Made by a program: the position numbers and the translations under genes. Below are positions 1-10,166 of a DNA stretch of 64,000 nt, piece after piece. Source of the DNA: Azolla caroliniana (taxonomy: Eukaryota > Plantae > Polypodiophyta). The stretch covers positions 10,726,001 to 10,790,000 of the forward strand of contig JBHGNT010000010.1 of assembly GCA_043228905.1 (NCBI GenBank), in the 5' to 3' direction. The notes below the pieces were generated by a model, which was given only the letters and a program-made list of their open reading frames with translations, made no database searches and was not told the origin of the DNA. Each line of letters opens with the position of its first letter. The stretch's first letter is position 1.

Positions 1-119
1 GTATGCGGAAGTATGTAGAGACCTGTCTGTTATGTGCTTAGCAAATAACAAGTAAAGTATGAATAGACATAAGCATACACACAATTTTGGGCTTTAATGG
101 AAGCTTTCGTTATTTCTCT

Positions 120-159
<40 letters not shown>

Positions 160-290
160 AGACTCAAGATACAAGAATGATGAAGAGACCATTTTACAAC
201 ATTAGGTTATTGATTATATATTAAGCCCTAACTCTTTAGATGGGTTCACACTGGATACAACGTGGAAGAAGTCAGCCTTTTATGCCAACA
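1..290 (-). mobile_element. Partial LTR of Copia family G (runs off window start)
   Basis: Reverse complement begins TGTTGGCATAAAAGGCTGAC, matching LTR starts at 37052 and 50476; also resembles 57180-57381; (CT)n at 122-156. Confidence 0.75.
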
Positions 291-755
291 AAATGTGTGT
301 TGGGTGTGTGTGGAAGAGTGAGAGACATAGAAAAAGCACAAATGCAACACTCACACAGAGAAGACAATGGCTGGAATAGTTGTCTCTATTGATGAATAAT
401 ACTAAACTAAAGTAAGAGCTAAAATATATCCCTAAGTACTAAGTACCACCACATATGAGTGAATCACGTATGTGGTAACATGGGGAAAAAACCTCTAGCC
501 AACACTAGAGGAAAAAGTGCCCATGTATAGGGAGAAGGTTCACATCAAAACTACTAACACATAAGTGTAACAAACCCCCCTGGAGCGAATGATGTGAACA
601 CATATAGAGAATGACAAATCAGCTGCCACAATGCAATAAGCCTAAAGCTTCAAACTTTTCTCGTGGAAGAGCTTTGGTGAATATGTCTGCCACATTATCT
701 TGTGTAGGCACATATACCAAATCAATATCTCCTACATGAATATGCTCGCTCACAT
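291..755 (-). mobile_element. Old Copia (J): 3' LTR remnant (291-572), PPT (573-584) and RNase H C-terminus
   Basis: Minus strand reads HVSEHIHVGDIDLVYVPTQDNVADIFTKALPREKFEA, then a G-run PPT and TGTTACAC LTR start at 572. Confidence 0.7.
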
Positions 756-1399
756 GTTATTATGTCAAGATTTGAACTCTTGACCTCTTGACATATATAG
801 TCAAGTGTTGTATTCTAACCAACACATCTAAATATATGGTCATGTTATGTATATCTTAGTAGATTATTAGTAGATTATCTATGTCAAGTTTTAGGAATTT
901 TAAGAAAGTTCTAGAGGGTTCTAGAATATTTTCCCGAATATTCTCTAAAATATTCTAATGCATGTACTTCGACTCACAGTATAAATACTTGTAACCTCCT
1001 TGGTCCTTTTCAAGGGATTTAACACCAGTCATTAACACATCAATCTAGTATTCTTGTTTAGCCCCATCTTCTCTCCTTGATGTACATCTTTGTCTTTATG
1101 TTCTTTGTATTGTTCCTAGCGTCTTAAGTTCCTCATCTCATCGCTCCCAACTTCCCTATTTTCTAGCCTCATCATGTCGAGTTCCATGTTTGTAACCTTC
1201 TCTCGATCGTAGCCTTGTCATCTGTGCTTTGTCATAGTCTGGCGTTGGTGTGTTTGTGATAGTTTGAATCCCTTCCAACTAGAAGCATTACCTGTCGTCG
1301 TCATTGCTCATGCTTCTAGAGTTACCATCTTCACCGTCATTGGTTCTAGAGTTACCAATCATCAACATCCCTTCGTTTTCTATCTTCCAATCTCCATCT

Positions 1400-1800
1400 C
1401 TTAGTTTCTTTTCATAATCGTCTTTGTCTTTTCTCTCCTAGTTTCTTCTCATCATTATCTCTATCTCTGCACTTCTTATCATCTTCCACATCCCTATCTC
1501 CTAGTTTCTTCTCATCATCATATCTATCTTTGCACTTCTTATCATCTTCCACATCCCTAGCTTTGCATTTTTTGTCATTGTCATCCTTCTCCTTGTGTTT
1601 CCTACCGTTTTCATCTCTATCTATGTGTTTCTTATTATCTTCGTCACTTTCTCTGCGTTTCCTATCACCTTCATCGTTGTTCTTGTGTTTTCTATCATCC
1701 TTTGTATATGTGTCTTTGTGTTTCTTCAGAACCTCAGCATCTCGATCTCTATGTTTCTTATCCTCTTCATCTCTTTCTCCGCTTCCATCACTATCATAGT
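1400..1800. repeat. Degenerate ~30-bp tandem repeat inside element B
   Basis: 10-aa periodicity in ORF 1530-1799; minus strand reads as D/E/K/R-rich repeats (DVEDDKKCKDR...). Confidence 0.7.
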
Positions 1801-1849
1801 CAAAGTCATAGCTTCCAAATTCGCTTTGTCAACGTCATTGCCTTCATCT

Positions 1850-2286
1850 CTTCAGGACCGTGCAGGGTCGCTCACATCCATTGGTGTTCGTGTCTCCGGT
1901 GAGGACCGTACATGGTCTTCTCATGCTCGTTGGTGTTCCAGTTCCCGGTGAGGACCGCACATGGTCGCTCACGTCCGTTGGTGTTCGTGTCTCTGGTGAG
2001 GACCACACATGGTCGCTTATTTCCATTGATGTTCATGTCTTCGGTGAAGACCATACATGGTCACTCACACTTGTTGGTGTTCCAACTCCCGGTGAGGACC
2101 ACACATGGCCGCTCACATTCGTTGGTGTTCCTGTCTTCGGTGAGGACTGCACATGGTCACTCACATTGGTGTTTCTGTCTCTGATGAGTACCGTACATGG
2201 TTGCTCATGCCCGTTGGTGTTCTAGTTCCCACTGAGGACCGTTCATTGTCACTCACACTCACGTTGGTGTTCCAATCTCCGGTGAG
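1850..2286. repeat. ~60-bp tandem array of element B (continues 7794-7975 after A1)
   Basis: Recurring GGTGAGGACCGTACATGGTCGCTCAC..GTTGGTGTTC at about 50-60 bp spacing on both sides of A1. Confidence 0.85.
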
Positions 2287-2596
2287 TGTCGAATACAAGT
2301 GTATAATGGACGTATTCACACTATCCCTTTGTATAGATCAAGTTTGGGCCATTTGTGTAATTAGCATAAATGGTAGTTGCCCTAAGTTGTCACTATACAT
2401 AGTGACCTTGTAACCTTTTTGTAAGGTTGGGTTGTATTATTGTTTTCTATGGAATAGAAAGAGTCTTCTTGTGCCTTCTCTCTCTCTCTCTCTCTCTCTG
2501 TGTGCACGATCTGAGAAGTTGGAATACGCAGGTACTCAAAACCCTAATCGAATGCTTCTTGATCTTCCGCATCGACACGGCCTTGTCTCCAACATC

Positions 2597-2609
2597 TGGT
2601 ATCAGAGCC
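2597..2609 (+). promoter_or_regulatory. Primer-binding site (tRNA-iMet) of A1
   Basis: TGGTATCAGAGCC 2 nt after the 5' LTR. Confidence 0.9.
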
Positions 2610-3260
2610 TGCACAGTATTCGGTCCCTCAACCCGCTGTCGGCCGTCGTCTCAACCTGCACAACATTCGGTTCTTCGCTTCATCAGAGCCTGCACAGTAT
2701 TCGGCCTTTCGCTTCATCCTAGTCTGCAAAGCATTCGGCCTCTTGCGTCATTCGAAGAAACAGAGAAGAAAGTAGGCAGACACACTCGCTACGTTAGATC
2801 ATCACTCGGAGTAAGCCAGTCGGTTGTACTCTACTTCCCTGATCGTAACTGCTTGAGGTGGGCTTCCTGCACAACGACGACTTCAAGGACAACAACCCAA
2901 ATTCGTGCTTCATCCGGCTGATCGACATTCGGGAGGATCAGTTGGATCCGTCTCTCTCGTCGCTGCAGTCACCCGAAGCAGAATCGGTCCAGACAATCGG
3001 TTTCAATAATCGGTATCTGGCATATATATTCGGAAGCGAACCGGGCTCACTCCGACTCGGCAACATTCGGGAAGACTAGTCGGTTCTGTCCCTCAAGTTA
3101 CTGGAGTCAATTCGAGCAAGTTCAACAATACATATATCCGAAGCCGAACCGACTCGGGTCCAAATCCGACTAGAACGATATCGGGTGAGCCAACCGGCTG
3201 CACTCCAACAAGGTTCGTAGTCAACTCCGAACCGAGCTTCGTCAACCGAAACCAAATTTG

Positions 3261-6200
3261 ATGGCATCAACATCCGGCTCGTCAGAAATGAGTCTACGAA
3301 AGTTCGATGGATCGAACTTCAACTTCTGGAAGGAGCAAATGCAGGACTATCTCATAGTCAAGGGGCAAATCGATCCCATCGAAAATGAAGAACCTCCAGA
3401 AGGATACAAACCAATTGAGTGGCAGAAGCTGGACAGAATCGTCCGCGCCACGATTCGGATGCACCTATCGGAATCGGTATACTTTACGGTGCAATTGTGT
3501 ACGACAGCATTTGAACTGTGGAAAACACTGTCGGACACTTACGAAAAGAAGGTCACTGCAACAAAGATGTTTCTGATCCGGCGCCTCTACAACTTGCGGA
3601 TGAAAGAATCAGATTCGGTTCAAGCACATCTCAATGAGTACGAAAGCATAAGCTCCCAAATCTCATCTCAGGGGACGGCAATAGAGGATGAATTCAGAGC
3701 AATGATACTCATGAGCAGCCTTCCCTCATCATGGGAAACTTTCGTCACAACCGTGTGCAACGCGTCAACCACGGCTGTTAAATACTCCGAAGTCACGAGC
3801 GCAATCCTGACCGAAGCAGCTCGGAGAAAGTCTTTCGCCAAAGACTCAACAGAAGACGCTTATGTAGTACAAGGTTCGACAGACCGATCGAACATACGAG
3901 GAAGAGATTCCTCACGGCAGCCGAACAATCAGCGAAGACGGAGCCAGTCACGGGATAATCGAATCTGCAACTATTGCAAGAAACCCGGACACATCAAAGC
4001 CGACTGCCGCGCACTCAAGAACAAGAACGACAAGTCTCAGAAATCAGACAAGAAGAGTGGCCGGCATGAGGAGATCAATTACGTCAGCTCCTCAGCTGAT
4101 GTGTTACCAAACGACCCGAATATACTATCAATCGAAAATCCAGTCGGATCAGAAGTTCTGCTCACGACTGAAGAATCGAGCACATGGCTCTTAGATTCGG
4201 GCGCGTCATTTCACGTGACTCCTCATCGATCCCAATTTCGGCAATATACGATCCGTCACTCCGACTCAGTTCGAGTCGGCAACTCGCAACACTGTGACAT
4301 CATTGGAATCGGCACAGTAGAGCTCAACCTTGCAGGTGGCTCTACACTTGTACTTCACAATGTCCGACATGTACCCGAGCTCTCAAGGCCATTGATCTCA
4401 GTCGGACAACTAGATGAAGACGACATTCGTGCCGGTTTTTCTTCGGGAGGGTGGACACTCCACAGGGGGAACCTCCTGCTTGCCAGAGGACCCAAGATAC
4501 ACTCACTGTATCCGTTACACGTTACGCTCAGAGAGGGTAACCTGTTTTTGGTGGATATTCCTGTGTCATCACTATGGCACAAAAGATTAGGACACCTCAG
4601 CAAGGCCGGCATTACGCACCTATCTAGAGCCGGATACATCCCTAAACTCTCCTTCTCGGACCATCAATTCTGCGAACATTGCCAGTATGGCAAACAAGCA
4701 GCCGCATCACACCCGACATCAGCACCAAGAGAAACGAGACCTCTCGATTTAGTCCACTCGGACGTCTGTGGCCCAATGCCGCATCAGTCTCTCGGCGGTG
4801 CCTCTTACTTTGTCAATTTTATTGACGATTCGACTCGAAAGGTGTGGGCTTATCCAATTCGCACCAAAGATCGTGTCTTCTCGATCTTCTCCGATTGGCT
4901 CGCTATGGTAGAAAATCAAACTGACCGAAAACTGAAATGCTTTCGGACCGACAATGGGGGAGAGTTCAAATCAGAAGAATTCGTCAAATTCTGCCGACAA
5001 CGCGGCATCCGACGTGAATTTACGGCACCACACAGTCCGGAGCAAAACGGGATTGCAGAACGCATGAATCGGACAATCCAAGAACGGATAGTTTCCATGC
5101 TCCAACACTCCAGACTGTCGGATGGCTTCTGGGTAGAGGCTCTACTCACGGCAGTACACATAATCAATATGTCGCCAAGTAGACCTCTAGGACTTCAAAT
5201 TCCTCAGGAACTATGGATCGGCAGTAAGCCGAATTACGACAAGCTGAGGATCTTCGGATGCAAGGCGTACGCCCTTATTCCGAAAGATGATCGCCGAAAA
5301 CTTGCACCTCGGTCCAGGAAATGCATTTTCCTTGGATATGGATCCGACGGCGAAATAGGATACCGACTCTGGGACCCCGAACGCAGACAAATCGTTCGAA
5401 GTTCGGACGTTGTGTTCAACGAGTCGGCTATGAATCCATCAGTCGAAACACCGATCGAAGTCCGAAGGGTAACATTTTCCGATGTGCCGACCCTTCAAGA
5501 AGGCCCCGCTCTTAACACACGGTCAGCTTCACGGGTAGCTGAACCTTACACTATCGACTCGGACAACTCTGACTCGGCACAGCCGAATGATTCGCTTTCG
5601 GACCATCCGACCTCAATACCCGATGCGACCAGTCCAATCATACCTCGACGATCCGAGAGACTGTCGCAACCTCCGGAGAGGTATTCTCCTGGAATTTTCT
5701 TCACCGACGCCGACGAACCGACGTCTTACGAAGAAGCATCGACATCTGTCGATTCAGCCACCTGGCATCTGGCGATGGAGTCGGAAATGCACTCCATTCG
5801 GGCAAACAAGACTTGGGATCTGGTCGAATTACCTAAGAATCGACGTGCTCTTCCTTGCAAGTGGGTTTATCGACTAAAAGAGACGTCTGATTCGACCACC
5901 CCAAAGTACAAGGCCAGATTAGTTGCAAAGGGCTTCCGACAAGAATATGGCGTCGACTTCGACGAGATTTTTTCACCAGTGGTGAAAATGACAACCCTTC
6001 GTTTTCTACTCGGCGTAGTGGCAGCCGACAACTTGGAGCTGATTCAGCTAGATGTCAAAACAGCCTTCCTCCATGGTGATCTTGAAGAGGAAATTTATAT
6101 GGAGCAGCCAAAAGGCTTCGTGGCAACTGGCCAAGAACATCTAGTCTGCCGACTCAGGAAGAGTCTATACGGCCTCAAACAGGCACCGCGACAATGGTAC

Positions 6201-7292
6201 AAGAAGTTCGACGACTTCATCCAATCGATCGGCTTCTCAAAAAGCGATGAGGACCATTGTCTTTTTACCAACACAGCTCAAGATGGATCACCCATCTTCC
6301 TCATCATTTACGTGGACGACATGCTAATTTCTGGACGCCACGCAGGCGAACTTGCCGATCTCATTCGGCAATTGCGGTTGAAGTTTGCCATGAAGGACCT
6401 CGGTCCGGCACGACACATACTTGGCATGAAGATTAGTCGGCATCGCGATAAACGACATCTTTTTCTGTCTCAGACCGACTATATCGGACGTGTCTTGGAA
6501 CGCTTCAACATGCAATCAGCCAAATCTGCTTCAATCCCGCTCCCCATGAATCTTCGGCTCTCTCAGCGAGACTGCCCGACATCCGGTCCGGAGGGGGAAG
6601 ATATGAAGTCGGTACCGTATGCACCGGCAGTCGGCTCCCTTATGTACCTAATGGTCGCGACACGGCCTGATATCTCTCATGCCGTAGGAGTCGTTAGCAG
6701 ATTTATGCACAATCCTGGCCGATCGCATTGGAACGCAGTCAAGCATGTGTTCAAATATCTGGCTGGCACAAAAGACCACGGCATTCTTTTCGGTCCGAAC
6801 TCAACCTCAGGCGTAGTCGGTTACACCGACTCGGACTTCGCCGGCTGTATAGACAGTCGGAAATCAACAACCGGATACTGCTTCAAATTCGGCAATGGAG
6901 CAATTTCGTGGAAGTCGAAACTTCAGGAGTGCACAGCGACCTCAACGACCGAAGCAGAATATGTAGCTGCGTCCGACGCTGCAAATGAAGCTTTGTGGCT
7001 TGGCCGGCTGGCGCACACGTTTCGGCAAGTCGACCATGACTCGGCTCCAGTTGTCTATAGCGACAGTCAAGGTGCTGTTGCCTTGTCGAGAAATCCGGTT
7101 CACCACAACGCCTCCAAACATATCGACGTTCGATATCACTTCGTTCGGGACTGCGTCATTTCAGGGAAAATCGGTCTAGAGAAAATATCCACAACCGACA
7201 ATGTCGCAGATGGAATGACCAAGTGTCTCTCGGCAGACCGCTTTCGGTCCCTTCGGCATCAGATGGGCGTAACGACAAACCAGTCCGGTTAG
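3261..7292 (+). CDS. Copia Gag-Pol polyprotein, intact (1343 aa)
   Basis: Zn knuckle CNYCKKPGHIKADC, protease LLDSGAS, integrase HHCC and HSDVC/RTDNGGE/AERMNR, RT YVDD, RNase H YTDSD/EAEY; PR-INT-RT-RH order. Confidence 0.97.
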   Translation: MASTSGSSEMSLRKFDGSNFNFWKEQMQDYLIVKGQIDPIENEEPPEGYKPIEWQKLDRIVRATIRMHLSESVYFTVQLCTTAFELWKTLSDTYEKKVTATKMFLIRRLYNLRMKESDSVQAHLNEYESISSQISSQGTAIEDEFRAMILMSSLPSSWETFVTTVCNASTTAVKYSEVTSAILTEAARRKSFAKDSTEDAYVVQGSTDRSNIRGRDSSRQPNNQRRRSQSRDNRICNYCKKPGHIKADCRALKNKNDKSQKSDKKSGRHEEINYVSSSADVLPNDPNILSIENPVGSEVLLTTEESSTWLLDSGASFHVTPHRSQFRQYTIRHSDSVRVGNSQHCDIIGIGTVELNLAGGSTLVLHNVRHVPELSRPLISVGQLDEDDIRAGFSSGGWTLHRGNLLLARGPKIHSLYPLHVTLREGNLFLVDIPVSSLWHKRLGHLSKAGITHLSRAGYIPKLSFSDHQFCEHCQYGKQAAASHPTSAPRETRPLDLVHSDVCGPMPHQSLGGASYFVNFIDDSTRKVWAYPIRTKDRVFSIFSDWLAMVENQTDRKLKCFRTDNGGEFKSEEFVKFCRQRGIRREFTAPHSPEQNGIAERMNRTIQERIVSMLQHSRLSDGFWVEALLTAVHIINMSPSRPLGLQIPQELWIGSKPNYDKLRIFGCKAYALIPKDDRRKLAPRSRKCIFLGYGSDGEIGYRLWDPERRQIVRSSDVVFNESAMNPSVETPIEVRRVTFSDVPTLQEGPALNTRSASRVAEPYTIDSDNSDSAQPNDSLSDHPTSIPDATSPIIPRRSERLSQPPERYSPGIFFTDADEPTSYEEASTSVDSATWHLAMESEMHSIRANKTWDLVELPKNRRALPCKWVYRLKETSDSTTPKYKARLVAKGFRQEYGVDFDEIFSPVVKMTTLRFLLGVVAADNLELIQLDVKTAFLHGDLEEEIYMEQPKGFVATGQEHLVCRLRKSLYGLKQAPRQWYKKFDDFIQSIGFSKSDEDHCLFTNTAQDGSPIFLIIYVDDMLISGRHAGELADLIRQLRLKFAMKDLGPARHILGMKISRHRDKRHLFLSQTDYIGRVLERFNMQSAKSASIPLPMNLRLSQRDCPTSGPEGEDMKSVPYAPAVGSLMYLMVATRPDISHAVGVVSRFMHNPGRSHWNAVKHVFKYLAGTKDHGILFGPNSTSGVVGYTDSDFAGCIDSRKSTTGYCFKFGNGAISWKSKLQECTATSTTEAEYVAASDAANEALWLGRLAHTFRQVDHDSAPVVYSDSQGAVALSRNPVHHNASKHIDVRYHFVRDCVISGKIGLEKISTTDNVADGMTKCLSADRFRSLRHQMGVTTNQSG

Positions 7293-8492
7293 AGCCGGAC
7301 ACAGCGTAGGATGGTTTCAGACAACCGACATCAGTTCCTTAATGATCGGCTTCAACTCTTCCGACCCGACCAGTCCGGTCTTCTGCCTTCGGATCCTGCC
7401 GACTCGAACAAAACTGATATGTCCGAGAACCTAGGTTTATACCTGTAATCTTAGATAACCCATGTATACGCCCATTACGGGGGAGTGTCGAATACAAGTG
7501 TATAATGGACGTATTCACACTATCCCTTTGTATAGATCAAGTTTGGGCCATTTGTGTAATTAGCATAAATGGTAGTTGCCCTAAGTTGTCACTATACATA
7601 GTGACCTTGTAACCTTTTTGTAAGGTTGGGTTGTATTATTGTTTTCTATGGAATAGAAAGAGTCTTCTTGTGCCTTCTCTCTCTCTCTCTCTCTCTTTGT
7701 GTGCACGATCTGAGAAATTGGAATACGCAGGTACTCAAAACCCTAATCGAATGCTTCTTGATCTTCCGCATCGACACGGCCTTGTCTCCAACAGTGAGGA
7801 CCCAACATGCTTGCTCACAGTCACATTGGTGTTACAGTCTCCGGTGAGGACCAAACATGGTCACTCACGCCCTTTGGTGTTGGTGTTCTAGTCTCCAGTG
7901 AGGACCATAGATAGTCGCTCGTGTTCACCCATGCTCCTATTTTTGGTGAGGACTACTCATGGTCACTCACTCCGGGGAGGATAATGTCATAGACATGACA
8001 ATAGTCATGTCAAGATTTGAACTCTTGACCTCTTGACATATATAGTCAAGTGATGTGTTCTAACCAACACATCCAAATATATGGTCATGTTACGTATGTC
8101 TTAGTAAATTATTAGTAGATTATCTATTTCAAGTTCTAGGAGCTTTTAGAAAGTTCTAGAGGGTTCTAGAATATTCTCTAAAATATTCTAATGCATGTAC
8201 TTCGACTCACAGTATAAATACTTGTAACCTCATTGGTCCTTTTCAAGGGATTCAACACCAGTCATTGACACATCAATCTAGTATTCTTGTTTAGCCCCAT
8301 CTTCTCTCCTTGATTTACATCTTTGTCTTTATGCTCTTTTATTTTCATAGCGTCTTAAGTTCCTCATCTCATCGCTCCCAACTTCCCGAGTTTTTAGCCT
8401 CATCACACCGAGTTCCACGTTCGTAACCTTCTCTCGATCGTAGCCTTGTCATATGTGCTTTGTCGTAGTCTAGCATTGGTGTGTCTGTGAGA

Positions 8493-8765
8493 TAATGCAC
8501 CTCAAAATGTTTGGTCCGTGCATGAAATACAGGATTTCGTGCAACAGCTAATGCACTCTGACTATCTGTGAGAATATGGGTAACAACATCAATCTCCATG
8601 CAAAGATCTATCAAAAGGCGTCTAAGACATATACACTCCATTGTAGCTGTGAAAACTACCCTGTACTTAGCTTCACAACTCGATGTCGCCACTGTAGGTT
8701 GCTTTTTACTCAACCAAGATATACATGAGTTTCCAAGGAAAAAGGAATTACCACTAGTGGACACG
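8493..8765 (-). pseudogene. Old Copia (J) RNase H, N-terminal part, split from 620-755 by element B
   Basis: ISWLSKKQPTVATSSCEAKY...DSQSALAVARNPVFHARTKHFEVHY joins logically to HVSEH... at 755. Confidence 0.75.
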
Positions 8766-8782
8766 TGAGTATCGTAACAACC

Positions 8783-9295
8783 TATTGAGAATCGACCGAC
8801 CACAACCGGTTCCACGTTCGTATTCGGGTGCAAAACAGGAGAGCTAGTACACAGACAGAAAACGTGAAGATAGAAAGACAAGTACAGAGACACCAGATGT
8901 TTTACGTGGAAAATCCGAAAAAGGAAAAACCACGGGGATCCATAAAGCCTGAAACAGAATCACTATGGTAGAGGAGAAGTACAAACAAGAAACTCGAAGG
9001 CAACAACCTCAAGTTCTCCTTCATCTGATAGACAACTACAAAGTTACACTCTCTATCACACACACACACACACACACATTTACAGAGGCAACTCCCTCGT
9101 TCTAACTTTACAACAATGATCAACTACACTTTACTAAAATTTGCCTTAGTTGTATATATACTTATACAACTTTATGGCTATTTACATACATAGCCCACAT
9201 GGGGCACATTTTGACTATTTACAAATATAGTCTCCCGAGTTGGCTATATCCTCGATTTTGGTTTCGGCCTTGGCCGAGGAACCTGTTTCCCAACA
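8783..9295 (-). mobile_element. Solo LTR related to family C, TSD CAACC
   Basis: Reverse complement starts TGTTGGG and contains CCGTGGTTTTTCC..TTTTCCACG and GGTTGTGGTCG as in the C1 LTR; CAACC at 8778-8782 and 9296-9300. Confidence 0.85.
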
Positions 9296-10044
9296 CAACC
9301 AGCCCAATAACTATCTATAAAAGCATGCAAGCATTGTTGAGTATCTCTGCAATAAAAGAGACCCAACCTCAAATGTTACGGGCATGACCATATAATATCC
9401 CATGGTGAGAATTTACTGTAGTATTCTATACACGTGGATAAGTGTGAGGGTTAAATGAGAGTGTAAAGAAGGGGAGGATTACTTTTAATCCTCGGGATTG
9501 AGACAACCCATTAGGCCAAGTGTGAACTTACTTGGGGGCCTTGGGCCTCGCTATAAATATGAGGCCTAGCTACCCTCATTTGATGATCTCTTGACTACGT
9601 CGAGACTTTGTTTCATGGTGGGTCAACTCTTGTAGCCAGCGCGCCAACACCGAATATGACTCGATGCCACGGCGGTAGTATGGGACGCCGATTGAGGCTC
9701 AAGTCCGTCTCGATCCCTTCGCTCGGGGGTGGTCAGGTGGATCGACACCCTTCTTTCTCTCTCTCCTTTCTTATTTCATATATATTATATCCTTATCATA
9801 TGCTTACATTAGATCATCACTCTAACAATTGGTATCAGATTTTATGTTTCTAATGTTTCTTTTGTTGGTTTTTGTTGTCTTCTTGATGGATGGTGATCGA
9901 TCGACGTACGGTCGACCTTGATCTTGATAACGATTAACAAAGGAACTTCGGTAACTCTTTCTTGTTTTTTTTCTATTCTTTCTTCTCCGAATCTAATCAT
10001 GTATAGTCATATATGTTTTTTCTTTATTAATTCAATGATGTTGT

Positions 10045-10134
10045 TGTTGGAGACAAGGCCGTGTCGATGCGGAAGATCAAGAAGCATTCGATTAGGGTTT
10101 TGAGTACCTGCGTATTCCAATTTCTCAGATCGTG

Positions 10135-10166
<32 letters not shown>

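Larger units (their letters stand above)
2287..7793 (+). mobile_element. Full-length Ty1/Copia retrotransposon A1 (LTRs 2287-2594, 7486-7793; TSD GTGAG)
   Basis: 308-bp TG..CA LTRs with 2 differences seen; PBS TGGTATCAGAGCC 2597-2609; PPT ACGGGGGAG 7477-7485; 5-bp TSD; intact ORF. Confidence 0.97.
755..8492 (+). mobile_element. Non-autonomous LTR element B (about 2.2 kb without nested A1); LTRs ~755-1261 and 7985-8492
   Basis: ~500-bp direct repeats; right copy TGTCA...TGTGAGA preceded by PPT-like GGGGAGGATAA (7974-7984); interrupts the J RNase H; interior is tandem repeats only; TSD not resolved. Confidence 0.7.

Noticed and set aside
1530-1951. Hydrophobic ORFs as membrane or env-like proteins
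   Set aside because: Non-ATG starts; hydrophobicity is the by-product of a pyrimidine-rich tandem repeat.
1850-2286. CRISPR-like regular repeats
   Set aside because: Whole units are degenerate copies with no unique spacers, no cas genes, and a eukaryotic TE context.
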